The position numbers and the translations under genes are program-made. The notes below the pieces were generated by a model, which searched no databases, was not told the DNA's origin, and worked only from the letters and a program-made list of their open reading frames with translations. From NCBI GenBank assembly GCA_001662655.1, contig KV460252.1: a stretch of 20,000 nucleotides of DNA; one strand, 5' to 3'. This document shows, one piece after another, positions 19,746 to 20,000 of the stretch; within the stretch, counting starts at the first letter, position 1, and every line of letters begins with the position of its first letter. The DNA comes from Pseudogymnoascus verrucosus (lineage: Eukaryota).

Positions 19746-20000
19746 TGTTACAGCTAGGGTTTTCGGCAGCACTATCGCTAACACCCCGAGTATAGTAGTA
19801 ATGAGGATGTTAGCAATTTAACCGCCCTTAAGGCAGGGTTAGTTATTAGGCACCTAATGAGTGTCTGGCACCTAGGTTTACAGGTACCGGAAGATAGTTA
19901 GGCACCTAGGAATTAGGAGGTACCAGAGTTGCAGGTACTAGAAGCAGCACAGGTACCAGAATAGCACTCACGTGATGGAACCGTGAGAACTGCTAGAACT
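19746..20000 (+). repeat. 3' LTR (first 255 bp)
   Basis: Ungapped match to 13248-13502 with 17 differences, all transitions. Confidence 0.95.

Larger units (their letters stand above)
13248..20000 (+). mobile_element. Ty3/gypsy chromodomain-bearing LTR retrotransposon, RIP-inactivated; 3' LTR truncated by the window edge
   Basis: Paired LTRs, PBS, gag, PR-RT-RH-IN-chromodomain order and PPT; pervasive TAG/TAA from CpA/TpG transitions. Confidence 0.95.

Overview
Filamentous-ascomycete genomic DNA with short GT-AG introns and clear RIP signatures, running from a GC-rich core region into a RIP-eroded accessory/repeat region. The core region (1-7590) holds a 6-exon IAH1-like SGNH/GDSL esterase (-), an intronless atypical Ras-like GTPase without a CaaX box (+) and NOP9 (-). 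From 7714 to 12457 is a divergently arranged amyloid-signalling cell-death pair of the nwd2/het-S type. One gene is a NACHT-WD40 NLR whose 33-aa first exon encodes a single HET-s-related amyloid motif (R0). The other is a HeLo-domain HET-S homologue with a two-repeat prion-forming domain. The ORF track fragments both: the NLR has 1 premature stop and het-S has 5, all RIP-type. From 12831 lies the left end of a Fot1/pogo-like DNA transposon, interrupted by a heavily RIP-mutated Ty3/gypsy chromovirus (13248 to beyond 20000). The chromovirus shows a probable Tf1-type self-priming PBS, a -1 frameshift site and an extended Gag. It also carries a hidden antisense ORF encoding a Zn(II)2Cys6-like cluster plus coiled coil, and its LTR holds an array of CGG-containing repeats. 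All translations and alignments were done by hand; no database searches were run.
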